Source: a virus (Duplodnaviria > Caudoviricetes). From it: 51,275 nucleotides of DNA. Below the pieces are notes generated by a model that did not search any database, had not been told where the DNA came from, and worked only from the letters and a program-made list of their open reading frames with translations. Both the position numbers and the translations under genes were made by a program. The stretch covers positions 1 to 51,275 of IMG/VR virus record IMGVR_UViG_3300030107_006445, one strand, 5' to 3'. Below, piece after piece: positions 1 to 9,467 of the stretch (positions are counted from its first letter, which is position 1; every line of letters begins with the position of its first letter).

Positions 1-894
1 GCCTCTTTCATAGAAAGAGTTAAGGGATGTGTCACCAGCCTCTATGCGAAATCCTTGAGTGAGATAAACATTGCCAGTAGAGTTAATTTGTACTGCGTCC
101 GTGTCACTAGCAGACCCGATATACCCACTGTTGGGAATCACAATGTTGCCGCCAGTGGTCATTGTGCCGCCGCCAGTGTAAGTTCCAGAAACGTCTAAGT
201 TAGCATTTATATCTGCCAATGTTGCATTTATCTCTACTTCGTCAGTAGCGTTTATATCTAAAACGGTAGCACTTGGAGCATTTATATATTGGCTTGCATC
301 GTTAAACTGTAATTGCATTGTGCTATTTAAAAGCAAACCAGTATCTGCAACGTGCGTAAGATTTACGTCGCTATCTGTGCCAAAGTTAAGAACAGCTGCA
401 TCACTCGTCATGCTTATATCATCACCAACAGACAAGTCATCCGCTATTGTTACGCTACCGCCCAAATTAAGATCAACCAATGCATCTGTTACGGCAGCAC
501 TAGAGCTTCCGCCATCGGTGTATACCATCTTTACATGACCATTTGGTATAGTGACCTCATTTCCTGAGCCTTGCTTTATTGAAAGGCTTTGTGATCCAGA
601 AGTGGCATTCTCTATAATCCAGAGCTTGTTCACCGTATTGGGCAAAAGAGACACAGTGCAAGTCGAATCAAGTGTGCCTGTATATTTTAAATAAAGAGAT
701 CTTCCTGCATCCGCAGACCCATCAGCGATAGTTGTTGAGTGAGTGTCAGCGTTTGTAGTTATGGCCTCTGTTCCGTAACCAAAAGCATCACAGATAAGAT
801 TCAAATTAACATTCGTGGCTGTGCCCCAAGTTCCCGAAGCATCGCCTGTGCCCATTTCGTTAAGTCTTAAGTCATTGTCATATGAACTAGCCAT
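1..894 (-). CDS. Tail fibre/virion structural protein, runs off the left edge
   Basis: Translated by hand from ATG at 894 (MASSYDNDLRLNEMGTGDASGTWG...), open to position 1; G/S/T/D/N-rich; N-terminus typical of podovirus fibre anchors. Confidence 0.75.
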   Translation of the reverse strand, partial: MASSYDNDLRLNEMGTGDASGTWGTATNVNLNLICDAFGYGTEAITTNADTHSTTIADGSADAGRSLYLKYTGTLDSTCTVSLLPNTVNKLWIIENATSGSQSLSIKQGSGNEVTIPNGHVKMVYTDGGSSSAAVTDALVDLNLGGSVTIADDLSVGDDISMTSDAAVLNFGTDSDVNLTHVADTGLLLNSTMQLQFNDASQYINAPSATVLDINATDEVEINATLADINANLDVSGTYTGGGTMTTGGNIVIPNSGYIGSASDTDAVQINSTGNVYLTQGFRIEAGDTSLNSFYERG

Positions 895-895
895 C

Positions 896-1318
896 TTAAT
901 CTATCCTAATTATTGCACTTGCACCAGCCGCAGGCATAACTATTGTAAAAGTCCCAGAGCTAACTGTAAAATCTCCGCCAAAATCTAAAACTGCTATTGC
1001 CTTATCACTGTTTGTGCTGTTGTATATTAAAGCCCCTCTAGCTGTAAAACTAGCAGAAGTCCAGCTAGGGTCTGCAAAATCAAAATAAGCTGTTGTTCCA
1101 CTCGTGCCAACTGTCCTGCTTGTCAATTCAACTCCGCCAGAACTATATCCAGTTCCAGAAACTTCACTCAATCCAGAGCTAGCATAAGCTGTTGTTGATG
1201 CTCCTAGGCTTGCGCTGCTGGTGTGTAAGGACATCTTAATTGTGTCTGCTACTAAGTCATGCTGTTCATCTAAAATTTCAGATTTAAACGAAGTGCACAT
1301 CGCTTGAGATATAGCCAT
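896..1318 (-). CDS. Virion structural protein (tail-associated)
   Basis: 140 aa, S/T/G-rich beta-type sequence (FTARGALIYN motif), coupled to neighbours. Confidence 0.65.
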   Translation of the reverse strand: MAISQAMCTSFKSEILDEQHDLVADTIKMSLHTSSASLGASTTAYASSGLSEVSGTGYSSGGVELTSRTVGTSGTTAYFDFADPSWTSASFTARGALIYNSTNSDKAIAVLDFGGDFTVSSGTFTIVMPAAGASAIIRID

Positions 1319-1941
1319 TATATTCCTCCGTCATATTCAGCTGCGTAATCTCTGTTCATCTCTTGCATAAAAAGCTGTACAGATTCGTCAAATTGTGCTT
1401 TGTAAAATGTTAATGTTTCTGGAGCTTTAAGAAAAGCAGAAGCCTCCATCAAACAAGCCGAAAGTAATAAATTCTCAGCATTGTTTCCTATCCAACTTGT
1501 AGTATTGGAAGAAGAAAGACCTGTTGCTGGTGCAATAAAATCAGCTGAATATGCAAGAGTAGAGTCAGGTGTTGGTGCCAGAACAACCACAGTCCCAGAA
1601 GTAGAAGCACTTTTGGTGCTGTAAAATTTTGGAGTCCCTTGTGTACTAGAATTTGGCCAATAGTCTCTTAAATAAGAGTCTGTTCTGTGATTCAAGTAAA
1701 TAACATTGCTAGACGAGGTGACAGAAAACTGCCTTATCATTCTTGCGCTAGCAATTGTGTATTCGCTAGTTCCAGCAACTAAATTTGCACTTTGTGTACT
1801 TCGAAAGCAAGGAAGGTTGGGCAAACGCTGAAAAATAATTTCTTCTGCCTGATCTATTATAGCATCAATAGAGTCAGAAAACTCAGTAGAGTCGTCTTCT
1901 AAGAAATTCTTGATATTTGAAACTAAACTAGAATAATTCAT
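1318..1941 (-). CDS. Putative head-tail adaptor/tail tubular protein
   Basis: 207 aa; GTPKFY..LAPTPD pattern typical of adaptor proteins; position in module. Confidence 0.6.
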   Translation of the reverse strand: MNYSSLVSNIKNFLEDDSTEFSDSIDAIIDQAEEIIFQRLPNLPCFRSTQSANLVAGTSEYTIASARMIRQFSVTSSSNVIYLNHRTDSYLRDYWPNSSTQGTPKFYSTKSASTSGTVVVLAPTPDSTLAYSADFIAPATGLSSSNTTSWIGNNAENLLLSACLMEASAFLKAPETLTFYKAQFDESVQLFMQEMNRDYAAEYDGGI

Positions 1942-2453
1942 TAGTCATAATCACCATAATCGCCAGATCCATAATCGCCTTCCCCATAGCCCCAGTCTGT
2001 TCTTATTGTTACTGACCCTATTTCGCCAGTGCCAGCAACTCCAGTTTCTGAAACCAAGGCTGAAGGTGTTTCAGTTCCTATCGCACCAGTTCCTGCAACC
2101 CCAGACACTCCTGTAGAAGTTAATTCTATAGAAAATAAGCCTATTGCACCTTGACCTTTTGCACTAACATCTGGCTTTGTGTATTCAGTTGAATCTAAAG
2201 AAATTTTGTTCGCGCTAAAAAAATCAAAAGCCAACTCTAATCGGACACTATTCGGATCGTTATTTGGTCTTGGCTTAAATAATGCAGTTGCATCTACAAC
2301 ATTCCTTGGAGGATTTAACTGTGGGTGTTTTGGCTCCCACTCCTCTGGCTCAACCTGTAAGCCATCCCAAGTTTCTTTAAGCCTTCTATACTTAACTTTA
2401 AATCCAGAACGGTCGCTCATGGCGACTGACTTTTTACCTTTGGCATATCTCAT
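1941..2453 (-). CDS. Structural-module protein, paralog of 2450-2770 with C-terminal Gly/Thr-rich extension
   Basis: SDRSGF...TWDGL.VEPEEW.PKHPQL shared with the adjacent gene. Confidence 0.7.
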   Translation of the reverse strand: MRYAKGKKSVAMSDRSGFKVKYRRLKETWDGLQVEPEEWEPKHPQLNPPRNVVDATALFKPRPNNDPNSVRLELAFDFFSANKISLDSTEYTKPDVSAKGQGAIGLFSIELTSTGVSGVAGTGAIGTETPSALVSETGVAGTGEIGSVTIRTDWGYGEGDYGSGDYGDYD

Positions 2454-2770
2454 GACACAACCACCGTAAAAGTTCCTATTGAGCCTGTAGCAGAGATGCC
2501 TATTTTTAATTGGTTTCTCGGTGTTGATATGTCGTAGTTATATCCTACGAAAAACGTAACAGGCTCTGCGTCATTATCAGAACGAGGATTCTTCAAAATA
2601 AAATAATCAGATATGTTTTTTGAAGGATCTAATTGTGGATGCTTTGGATCCCACTCTTCAGGCTCAACCCTTAATCCATCCCAAGTTGTTACAAGTTTGG
2701 TATAATCTACTTCAAAGCCAGACCTATCGCTTATTGCTTTTGCTCTTTTGCCACTTGCTAATTTAGCCAT
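2450..2770 (-). CDS. Conserved structural-module protein
   Basis: 106 aa; SDRSGF/PKHPQL motifs; overlapping start and stop codons. Confidence 0.7.
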   Translation of the reverse strand: MAKLASGKRAKAISDRSGFEVDYTKLVTTWDGLRVEPEEWDPKHPQLDPSKNISDYFILKNPRSDNDAEPVTFFVGYNYDISTPRNQLKIGISATGSIGTFTVVVS

Positions 2771-3453
2771 TAATTCAAATTCAACGCTGTTGGTCGAACC
2801 CTCAGAGAAACGCCATCGTTGTCTGATGAAGCAGCAAAATCAAACGATCTTTCATAAAGTTGATCCAGCAACTGGAATTTTTCTGGTGCATATTTGACTG
2901 CCAGTTTGCTCGAAAGGCCAGCGCATATGCAATCAGACCACCTATAAGGAATGTCAGCATCCTCATTAGAAGCAGTTATATCATCAAGTTGATTCATTGC
3001 CCAATAAACTAGACTATATGTAGTTTCATCAGGGATCTGCCAAACATAAATGGTCGGCGTGTATTGTCTGTCTATAAAATACTGACTAGGTTTCCCTGAA
3101 GACGTTTTATTTGGTATTTGGTTATAATCCGAAATACTTAATCTTTGCAAAGGAACGTCATTGGCCGTTGAGTCTGCGCTATCTCTAACAACAACATCTA
3201 TCAAATCAATAGTACCAGCAGGCAATGTGTATGGAGTTGTTTGGTCTTTAACCAAAGTCACTGTAGAATTTGTGACTGTCCAATAATTTATGCCTCTGTT
3301 AGACCACTCTGAAAAAAGCAAATTCAAACTTCTTCTAGCAGCGACGGCATGATGACCTGTCCTTGTCTGAGTGTCTATTCCACAGCGTTCAAATGCTTCT
3401 GAAATAATCTCCTCTACATTGGGTCTAAAAGTGACTGTTCCTGATGTTGCCAT
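2770..3453 (-). CDS. Putative head-tail adaptor protein
   Basis: 227 aa; EEIISEAFERCG, ARRSLNLLFSEW and GKPSQY motifs; position after capsid genes. Confidence 0.65.
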   Translation of the reverse strand: MATSGTVTFRPNVEEIISEAFERCGIDTQTRTGHHAVAARRSLNLLFSEWSNRGINYWTVTNSTVTLVKDQTTPYTLPAGTIDLIDVVVRDSADSTANDVPLQRLSISDYNQIPNKTSSGKPSQYFIDRQYTPTIYVWQIPDETTYSLVYWAMNQLDDITASNEDADIPYRWSDCICAGLSSKLAVKYAPEKFQLLDQLYERSFDFAASSDNDGVSLRVRPTALNLN

Positions 3454-3456
3454 TTA

Positions 3457-3867
3457 TCAATACTGCTTGATTCCTCTTATCACAACTTGATAAGCATCAC
3501 CTGCAGCTCCTGCTCCTGTTGTCGTAAATTTTATATCACCTGTCCCACTACTTCCATAGTCAGCACTATCAGGCAATCCACCAAAAGAGCTGAAGTCTTG
3601 ATAACCGTTGTTTTCATCCATGTGCATAATTATTACATCAGTATCAGCATCAGCAAGAATTTCGACTGTCATGTTTTTGACAACCCACCAAACCTCAATA
3701 ATCCTTAAACCAGAACACGTATCGCCATTTGCACTTTTTGAAAGTCCAGACACATCTATTTTCGCGGCAGCACTTTCATTACCAGTGTCTACATACTGGT
3801 ACTGGAATGCATAAACGACATCTCTCGTGCTCTCGCTAATCTTGGTTGAAGTCGTAATATCTGCCAT
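3457..3867 (-). CDS. Putative virion structural protein
   Basis: 136 aa ORF with GGGGG RBS-like element, in structural operon. Confidence 0.6.
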   Translation of the reverse strand: MADITTSTKISESTRDVVYAFQYQYVDTGNESAAAKIDVSGLSKSANGDTCSGLRIIEVWWVVKNMTVEILADADTDVIIMHMDENNGYQDFSSFGGLPDSADYGSSGTGDIKFTTTGAGAAGDAYQVVIRGIKQY

Positions 3868-3879
3868 AACTAACCCCCA

Positions 3880-3905
3880 TTAAATATGGGAGCCGAAGCT
3901 CCCAT
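3880..3905 (-). terminator. Stem-loop with cUUCGg tetraloop; weak intrinsic terminator or RNA stabiliser
   Basis: Minus strand ATGGGAGC-TTCG-GCTCCCAT then ATTTAA, just after the stop of 3910-5025. Confidence 0.6.
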
Positions 3906-3909
3906 TATT

Positions 3910-5025
3910 CTATTCAAAGATTGTACGGCTGATCGTTGAATAGTGAACATCAAGTGCTTCTGCAGCAGCAGCACCAGCTTCAATACCAATTACTGGTATA
4001 AAGTCAACATCATCAGTTAAAGCAGCTGATTTTGTGGTTCCTGTCGTAACAGCAGTACCACCTGTTGAACCAGCTGTGCTGGTGACGTTATACTGGGTTC
4101 CGTCTACAAAAATTGAAGCCTTCCTTGAACTATCTATACTAATTCTCAAATGATAAATAGTATTTGCAGCCACAGTAATCGGCAAAGCACTTATGTAATC
4201 GGTGCCACCTATGCTGTGAACAAAATGCAATAAAGTATAGTCTGAAAATTCTTCGGAATTTGTATCGTCAGTTTGGAACTTAAAATAAGCCTGATTTGCG
4301 TCAGTTGCAATCAATTGGTCTGTGGTTAATTTCAAACCAGCCCACCACTTCTGATTGTCAATAGCGTTTGTGTTTATCGAACACTCCCACTCAACTTGAT
4401 TTTCTGTTCCCCAAACGGTATCAGCCCATGCTGCTTCAGTAGTAGCACTGTTGGGAGTCAATATTGCTTGGTCTTGATCAGCCCCAGCAGTTGTTATTGT
4501 TATCCCTGCTGCGGTAGCATTACGAGTGCAGAGTGCTGAAGTCATATTAGTTCCTTCAACCATCCAGCTCGGATTTGCCCCATTGTTAGGCATAATTGCA
4601 CGAGGAATCACTCGGACATAAAGAGTCCCAGATCCTAAGTCAATTGCGCCTCCTGTGTTATTCAGAACAACTACAGTGACGGTGTTGGCAGCAGTTACAG
4701 CAGCAGTTACAACTAAATCCGTAACATCGATGCTCATTGAGCCTACTGCAAAATCACCAAGCGCAGCACCTGTTACAGTCACCTCTTCTGTTGCTTCGTC
4801 TCCGTCGGAAATGCTTCCCCAGTCTTTGGTTTCAGAAGCTGCCATATAAGATGAAAGTTTTGGAAGACCTACATCAAACCACTCCGTCAGATAATATCTG
4901 CGAGTGTCCATGGCTGCACCGCCATTCAAAGTTCTGTCTTGAACAAGACCTGTTGTGGAATTTTTGCTCACTAAGTCAAAATTATTTTCTGAGCGAACTG
5001 GTCCACTAAAAGTTGTTGTACCCAT
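3910..5025 (-). CDS. Putative capsid decoration/head fibre protein
   Basis: 371 aa starting MGTTTFSGPVRS, directly downstream of the major capsid gene; T/A/S-rich beta composition. Confidence 0.55.
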   Translation of the reverse strand: MGTTTFSGPVRSENNFDLVSKNSTTGLVQDRTLNGGAAMDTRRYYLTEWFDVGLPKLSSYMAASETKDWGSISDGDEATEEVTVTGAALGDFAVGSMSIDVTDLVVTAAVTAANTVTVVVLNNTGGAIDLGSGTLYVRVIPRAIMPNNGANPSWMVEGTNMTSALCTRNATAAGITITTAGADQDQAILTPNSATTEAAWADTVWGTENQVEWECSINTNAIDNQKWWAGLKLTTDQLIATDANQAYFKFQTDDTNSEEFSDYTLLHFVHSIGGTDYISALPITVAANTIYHLRISIDSSRKASIFVDGTQYNVTSTAGSTGGTAVTTGTTKSAALTDDVDFIPVIGIEAGAAAAEALDVHYSTISRTIFE

Positions 5026-5032
5026 AATTATC

Positions 5033-5066
5033 TCCTGTCTGGGCTAGTCAGCTTTCGCTGTCAGGA
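5033..5066 (-). promoter_or_regulatory. Putative RBS-sequestering RNA structure
   Basis: Minus strand TCCTG-A-CAGC-GAAA-GCTG-...-CAGGA; the 3' arm overlaps the AGGAG RBS of 3910-5025. Confidence 0.4.
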
Positions 5067-5072
5067 TTAAGA

Positions 5073-5092
5073 GGGAGAGCAAAAGCCCTCCC
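5073..5092 (-). terminator. Hairpin after the major capsid gene
   Basis: GGGAGGGC-TTTT-GCTCTCCC (one G-U pair) followed by TCTTAAT. Confidence 0.5.
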
Positions 5093-5101
5093 CCCAATTC
5101 A

Positions 5102-6007
5102 CTAGGCTCCTTCGGAACCGAAAACTCCTCGCCAATCAGTCCAACCGAACGAATATCGCTCGCGAACTTTATAACGAACATTCCCAGTTTCAAAATCACC
5201 TTCCATGCCTTTCTTCATAGCTGTCCGTTGAAACGTCTTGAGCCCATCAGGCACGTCCGTTTTAACAAACCAAGCATCAGAATCAGACAAACGACGCATT
5301 ACATGATATCCTTTGGGCAGATAACCACCTGATCGGATAGCATTGATGTCGTTGTCAGCGGTGCCTGTTCTCAATTGAGACTCAAGCAACCTTTCTGCTG
5401 TGAAAGAATAAGCGGTAGGAATTACCAGCATCGTTCCTTGAGCTGCTATTCTTAATCCACGATCATCTTTCATGTCCGCGATATTGATTAAGATAGACTC
5501 AAGTGAAGTCTCTGATAAGTCTGCTGCCGTCGCAAGCACATTACTCTGGTTCCCATTCCTTGTCGGGTGAGAAGCAGAACAGAGCAAAGCTCCGTCCCCG
5601 CCAGTGTAACCTGATGTGAAAGCATTACTTAAAATGTTTGCTCCTTTGATTTCTTTAGTCGAAGCCATGGAACGTGCAAGTGCTTTCGTATAACGAGAAG
5701 CGATAGAACCATACTGGCCATCTTCCTCGGCTTCTTCGGTGATCGAAAAAGCGAGAGCGATAGTCTCGTGTTGGTATCTTGCTGTCCATTGCTGACTTGC
5801 AGAATCATAAGAGATTGCTGCTCCTTCATTTTTTACTGGGGCAACATCGAATCCTTCCAACAGAACGTCTTCTTCAAACGCTCTGGTAGAACTATTAGAT
5901 TCAAATACTGGTTCCCACTCTGAAGGATATTGATCGTACTCTAAGCCAAAAAGGGTGTTCAATCCTGGCTCGAGCATTTTTGCGAATTGTGCTCTATTCA
6001 TCGCCAT
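5102..6007 (-). CDS. Major capsid protein (HK97 fold, Mu gpT-like family)
   Basis: MAMNRAQFAKMLEPGLNTLFGLEY start; GDFETGNVRYKVRERYSFGWTDWRG end. Confidence 0.9.
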   Translation of the reverse strand: MAMNRAQFAKMLEPGLNTLFGLEYDQYPSEWEPVFESNSSTRAFEEDVLLEGFDVAPVKNEGAAISYDSASQQWTARYQHETIALAFSITEEAEEDGQYGSIASRYTKALARSMASTKEIKGANILSNAFTSGYTGGDGALLCSASHPTRNGNQSNVLATAADLSETSLESILINIADMKDDRGLRIAAQGTMLVIPTAYSFTAERLLESQLRTGTADNDINAIRSGGYLPKGYHVMRRLSDSDAWFVKTDVPDGLKTFQRTAMKKGMEGDFETGNVRYKVRERYSFGWTDWRGVFGSEGA

Positions 6008-6019
6008 CGTTGTTCTCCC

Positions 6020-6571
6020 TTATATTCCAGCACCATCTTTGAGCAGATGCTCATTGATGATTACTTCCATTACGGCATTGGCGCCAAATGCATTACTTGG
6101 TGAGTCATAAAGTGCCAAGATCTTGCAAGTTGCTGTACCAGCGGCCATTGTGCCTGAAATTTCAAAACCAGACTGACCAGTGGTAGTTGAACCTGCACCT
6201 GCAACAACGTCAGCACAGTTGCCGATGTTAGTTTGGGCAGTTGTTCCTGCTGACTGAACCTTGTAAACAATATATGGATCGTCGTAGATATATGCTACGA
6301 TGTTAGTCGCAGACGTTCCAGACGGCCAATATTGGGAATAAACGTAAGAACCATCAGAAGCAGTGTATGACACTCCTGCGAAAACACCAATGTTGTTAGT
6401 TTCGGTAGCAGTATGAGGCGTTATATATCCTGTGCTTATTACTATGCACAGATCGCCTGTAAAAATGTTCTCTGCTAAACCACTAGCCAAGGTGTATTTA
6501 TTCGCACGAGGTGCGGCACCGCTCATGTGGCGAACTGGTACAAAACCAAAGGCTGCATCTACATTAGCCAT
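6020..6571 (-). CDS. Putative minor capsid/head protein
   Basis: 183 aa, MANVDAAFGFVPVR; immediately upstream of MCP. Confidence 0.6.
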   Translation of the reverse strand: MANVDAAFGFVPVRHMSGAAPRANKYTLASGLAENIFTGDLCIVISTGYITPHTATETNNIGVFAGVSYTASDGSYVYSQYWPSGTSATNIVAYIYDDPYIVYKVQSAGTTAQTNIGNCADVVAGAGSTTTGQSGFEISGTMAAGTATCKILALYDSPSNAFGANAVMEVIINEHLLKDGAGI

Positions 6572-6593
6572 GTTCGTTCGCTCCTATATGAGT

Positions 6594-7082
6594 TTAATTA
6601 TCATCCATTACCGATAAATCTCGACCTGTGCTAGAAGCACTTTGGCGATCTTGATGAATCGATAACCCTGTGTTTCGTCCTAATGCCTCTAGGTCAGCAG
6701 AAACTGATTCATTTTGCTCTGCGTTTCTGCCGTGATAATAGTCCTTCATCTTGCGATGAGTTTCTACTGGCATCTCACAAAGCATCATGCCTTCGACCCC
6801 AATCATACCAGACCACTGTCCGTGGTTTATGGTAGGAAATCTTGGATCTTTAACAGTACTTGCTGGCCTTGGCTCCCAACCTGCACGCATACGTTTAAAA
6901 ACGTTGTCGGGTGTTTCTTTACCTTGAATCGAGGTAGCTATCCATCGTTGAACATACCCAGGACGAGCTTCGGGAGCGTCCAACAATGATGGTGGTTTCC
7001 ATGCAGTTTCTTCGCGAGCTTGTTGCTCACGTTTTGGTTGTCGTTGTTCTTCTGCTCGAACGTTTCTTTTGTTAACCATCAC
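6594..7082 (-). CDS. Conserved head-module hypothetical protein
   Basis: WKPPSLLDAP..RWI..GWEP motifs; between scaffold and capsid genes. Confidence 0.6.
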   Translation of the reverse strand: MMVNKRNVRAEEQRQPKREQQAREETAWKPPSLLDAPEARPGYVQRWIATSIQGKETPDNVFKRMRAGWEPRPASTVKDPRFPTINHGQWSGMIGVEGMMLCEMPVETHRKMKDYYHGRNAEQNESVSADLEALGRNTGLSIHQDRQSASSTGRDLSVMDDN

Positions 7083-7990
7083 TATGATCTCCTGTTATTT
7101 TTATTCTGAGAACGAATTTCTTGGGCATACACCTTCAATGCATTCTCATCTGTTATACCAAGTTCTCTAGCCATGTTTAACTGGTCTCGAGTGATCTGAA
7201 CTCTGTTGCCCTTGTAAGGAGATCCGCCAGCAGTTGGGGCGACTGGATTCCTGCTTTTGACCTTCTTTTGTGGACTCTCATTTTTTGAGTATAACTCTGG
7301 ATGGACTTTTTGTAAACGAGTATCTAATTCTCTGTAATAGCTGTCGTCGTTTTTATCATATCCTTCCAGCTCCAACTGTACATCAATAGCCCTAGCAGAA
7401 GAACTCTGGCGTTCGTAACCAGAGGAATTGAACCACTGGTTTCTATCATGCCAGACATATGCTTTTGGCGGACTCTGAGGGACTTGCTCCTCTACCACTT
7501 GAGGAGGAGGTTGTTGTTGCTGTAAGTGACGGGTTGTTTCAGCCACTTTTATTGCTGCACGCATATCAGCAAGCTGTTCTGTAAATTGTAGTTGAGCTGC
7601 GGAGTCTCCCTCTTCTATGGATTTGGCCAATGCAGACTTAGTCTCATTGTATCTCTGCTCAAACTGTGTCCTAGCATTGTTTTCAGAGCCTTGCTCAAGA
7701 CGACTCAGCCTTTCTTCCAGCGATTTGTTAACATTTCGAAACTCTTCCGCCTCTGCTTCTGCTTCACGCCTCTGCTCTACCAGCTTATTGATTCGCCTCT
7801 GAACTCTTTGACCGTATTCTTCTTTGTCTGGCTTCTCAGCTTTCGCTTCAACAGGCTCTTCTTTCTCAACAGGCTCTTCTTTTTTCGATTGTTGTTCTTC
7901 TACTATTTCTATTTCAAAGCCACTTTCTGCTTTGGTCTTTTCTATTTCTTGCTCTATTTCAGCAAGCACTTCGTTTTCATTGGTTGACAT
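7082..7990 (-). CDS. Putative capsid scaffolding protein
   Basis: E/K/Q-rich coiled coil (VQRRINKLV); C-terminal MARELGI..YA motif; position. Confidence 0.65.
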   Translation of the reverse strand: MSTNENEVLAEIEQEIEKTKAESGFEIEIVEEQQSKKEEPVEKEEPVEAKAEKPDKEEYGQRVQRRINKLVEQRREAEAEAEEFRNVNKSLEERLSRLEQGSENNARTQFEQRYNETKSALAKSIEEGDSAAQLQFTEQLADMRAAIKVAETTRHLQQQQPPPQVVEEQVPQSPPKAYVWHDRNQWFNSSGYERQSSSARAIDVQLELEGYDKNDDSYYRELDTRLQKVHPELYSKNESPQKKVKSRNPVAPTAGGSPYKGNRVQITRDQLNMARELGITDENALKVYAQEIRSQNKNNRRS

Positions 7991-8016
7991 GGTTGCGATT
8001 CTCCATGGTTACGCTG

Positions 8017-8421
8017 TTATGGAACGTATGCGGCAACTTCTACACCTTCTGGGATGATAGAAGTTATCTCGTCATCATTCAAAAGTAAAAATTTCACACC
8101 ATTTACCACTAATTTCTGGCCTGCATATTTACCATATGTTACTTTCTGGCCAATAGATGGTGATGATGTGCGCCAACGAGCACCAGTGTCTCTGTCTCGG
8201 TAAGCCAAATCGCCCATGGCAGCCACAACACCACAAGCAGTCAGATATTCTTCGTTCTGAATTGTTTCAGTCGGAAGAAAAATGCCTCCTTCGGTCTTTT
8301 TTTTGGGCTCATGGGGCTGAATTAAGACTTTCCAATTCATAGGAACTGGGAGTTGGTGTGGACCAATTGTGGAATTGGTTTGTTCGTCTGTATAAATTTG
8401 CTCAACATGTGGATGAGTCAT
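8017..8421 (-). CDS. groES: GroES-like co-chaperonin
   Basis: P.NWKVLI, KTEGGIFLP mobile loop, YGKYAG, LLNDDEI. Confidence 0.88.
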   Translation of the reverse strand: MTHPHVEQIYTDEQTNSTIGPHQLPVPMNWKVLIQPHEPKKKTEGGIFLPTETIQNEEYLTACGVVAAMGDLAYRDRDTGARWRTSSPSIGQKVTYGKYAGQKLVVNGVKFLLLNDDEITSIIPEGVEVAAYVP

Positions 8422-8624
8422 GTTTTTTCATCCTCTTCTTTATCTATTTGTTTAAAAATGTCGTCAATAACGCCACAAGCTCTTTCTAGACCTTCTGCGA
8501 TACCAACGTGTTTTTGGTACATGTGAAAATCGTTTAACCGACCTTCAACCATACCATTAGCAATCTCAGCTTTGTGTCTTTTGAGATGAGCTTTGATTGA
8601 ATTCAGTAAGTCAGTTACTGTCAT
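8418..8624 (-). CDS. Hypothetical protein
   Basis: 68 aa, YQKHVGIAEGL; ATGA-coupled to groES. Confidence 0.65.
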   Translation of the reverse strand: MTVTDLLNSIKAHLKRHKAEIANGMVEGRLNDFHMYQKHVGIAEGLERACGVIDDIFKQIDKEEDEKT

Positions 8625-8689
8625 TGGCCATTTCTACCTTTCCAGACATCGAAATTCCAGTCACATAGACTTTCACTTCTTGTCCTGTT

Positions 8690-8830
8690 TTAGTATCCTT
8701 TTTTAACTTTAGTTGTTCCTTTCTTCCGCTTCTTTGTTTGATTTTTTTGAGTAGCTCCTTTGTTTGATTTCTTTCCACGTTTCACAGATCCTCCTCCTTT
8801 CATTAAAGATTTAAAGTTTGTTCTATTCAA
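8690..8830 (-). CDS. Small Lys-rich basic protein (not in ORF track)
   Basis: TTG start overlapping the upstream gene's end; MNRTNFKSLMKGGGSVKRGKK...KKGY, 46 aa. Confidence 0.4.
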   Translation of the reverse strand: MNRTNFKSLMKGGGSVKRGKKSNKGATQKNQTKKRKKGTTKVKKGY

Positions 8831-9467
8831 TTCTCAACCTCTGTTCTTGAGTTGATTCGGAATCACTTTGTTTCAAAGCTGTTCCTGCTCCTCCTGCTGC
8901 CAATTTACCTTTAATTGACCAAAGGAATGCACCCAATGCTGGAGCATATGGAATAACTCCACCTATCGCTGTCATGCCTATAACTCCAGGATCTGTAGGT
9001 GTTTCCTCTAATGGTGCGTCTGAATAGCCTATCCCATAAAGTGCTCCGGCTGCTCCACCTAACAAAGATTGCAATAAACGGCTTTTCCTGACTTTTTCTA
9101 CAGCTTCTGGTAAATATCTTCCCGCAGTTCTCCAACCAGCTGTTGCGACATTTGCTGCTCCTGCTGAGTCTGCTATAAGATCCGTCACTGGATATAACTC
9201 AGCGAATTCCTTATACTTAGCACGCTCTGCATCTCTGGCACTTTCGTAATCGCCTCCTGATAATTGTGAAATTCTACCGACGATCTCGTCAGAATAGCCT
9301 CCTGTCAAACCATGACCAAGAGACCTTGCTGTTCCATATAAATACTCAGAAGGAGACAAAGAACGATCTGTCAAACCATATTCTGCTCCTGAAGCTGCAA
9401 CTGTCGCTGAAGCTAATGCATCTGCAAGTTTGCTGTTTTCCCTGTTTTTAATGTATTTCCTAACCAC
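8823..9467 (-). CDS. Putative internal virion/ejected protein with MVRK leader
   Basis: Gly/Ala-rich hydrophobic helices; GLTGGYSDEI motif; MVRK start shared with the leader family. Confidence 0.5.
   Translation of the reverse strand: MVRKYIKNRENSKLADALASATVAASGAEYGLTDRSLSPSEYLYGTARSLGHGLTGGYSDEIVGRISQLSGGDYESARDAERAKYKEFAELYPVTDLIADSAGAANVATAGWRTAGRYLPEAVEKVRKSRLLQSLLGGAAGALYGIGYSDAPLEETPTDPGVIGMTAIGGVIPYAPALGAFLWSIKGKLAAGGAGTALKQSDSESTQEQRLRIE

Noticed and set aside
8611-8778. Alternative 55-aa minus-strand ORF overlapping 8690-8830
   Set aside because: Cannot decide between the overlapping frames from sequence alone; no recognisable motif
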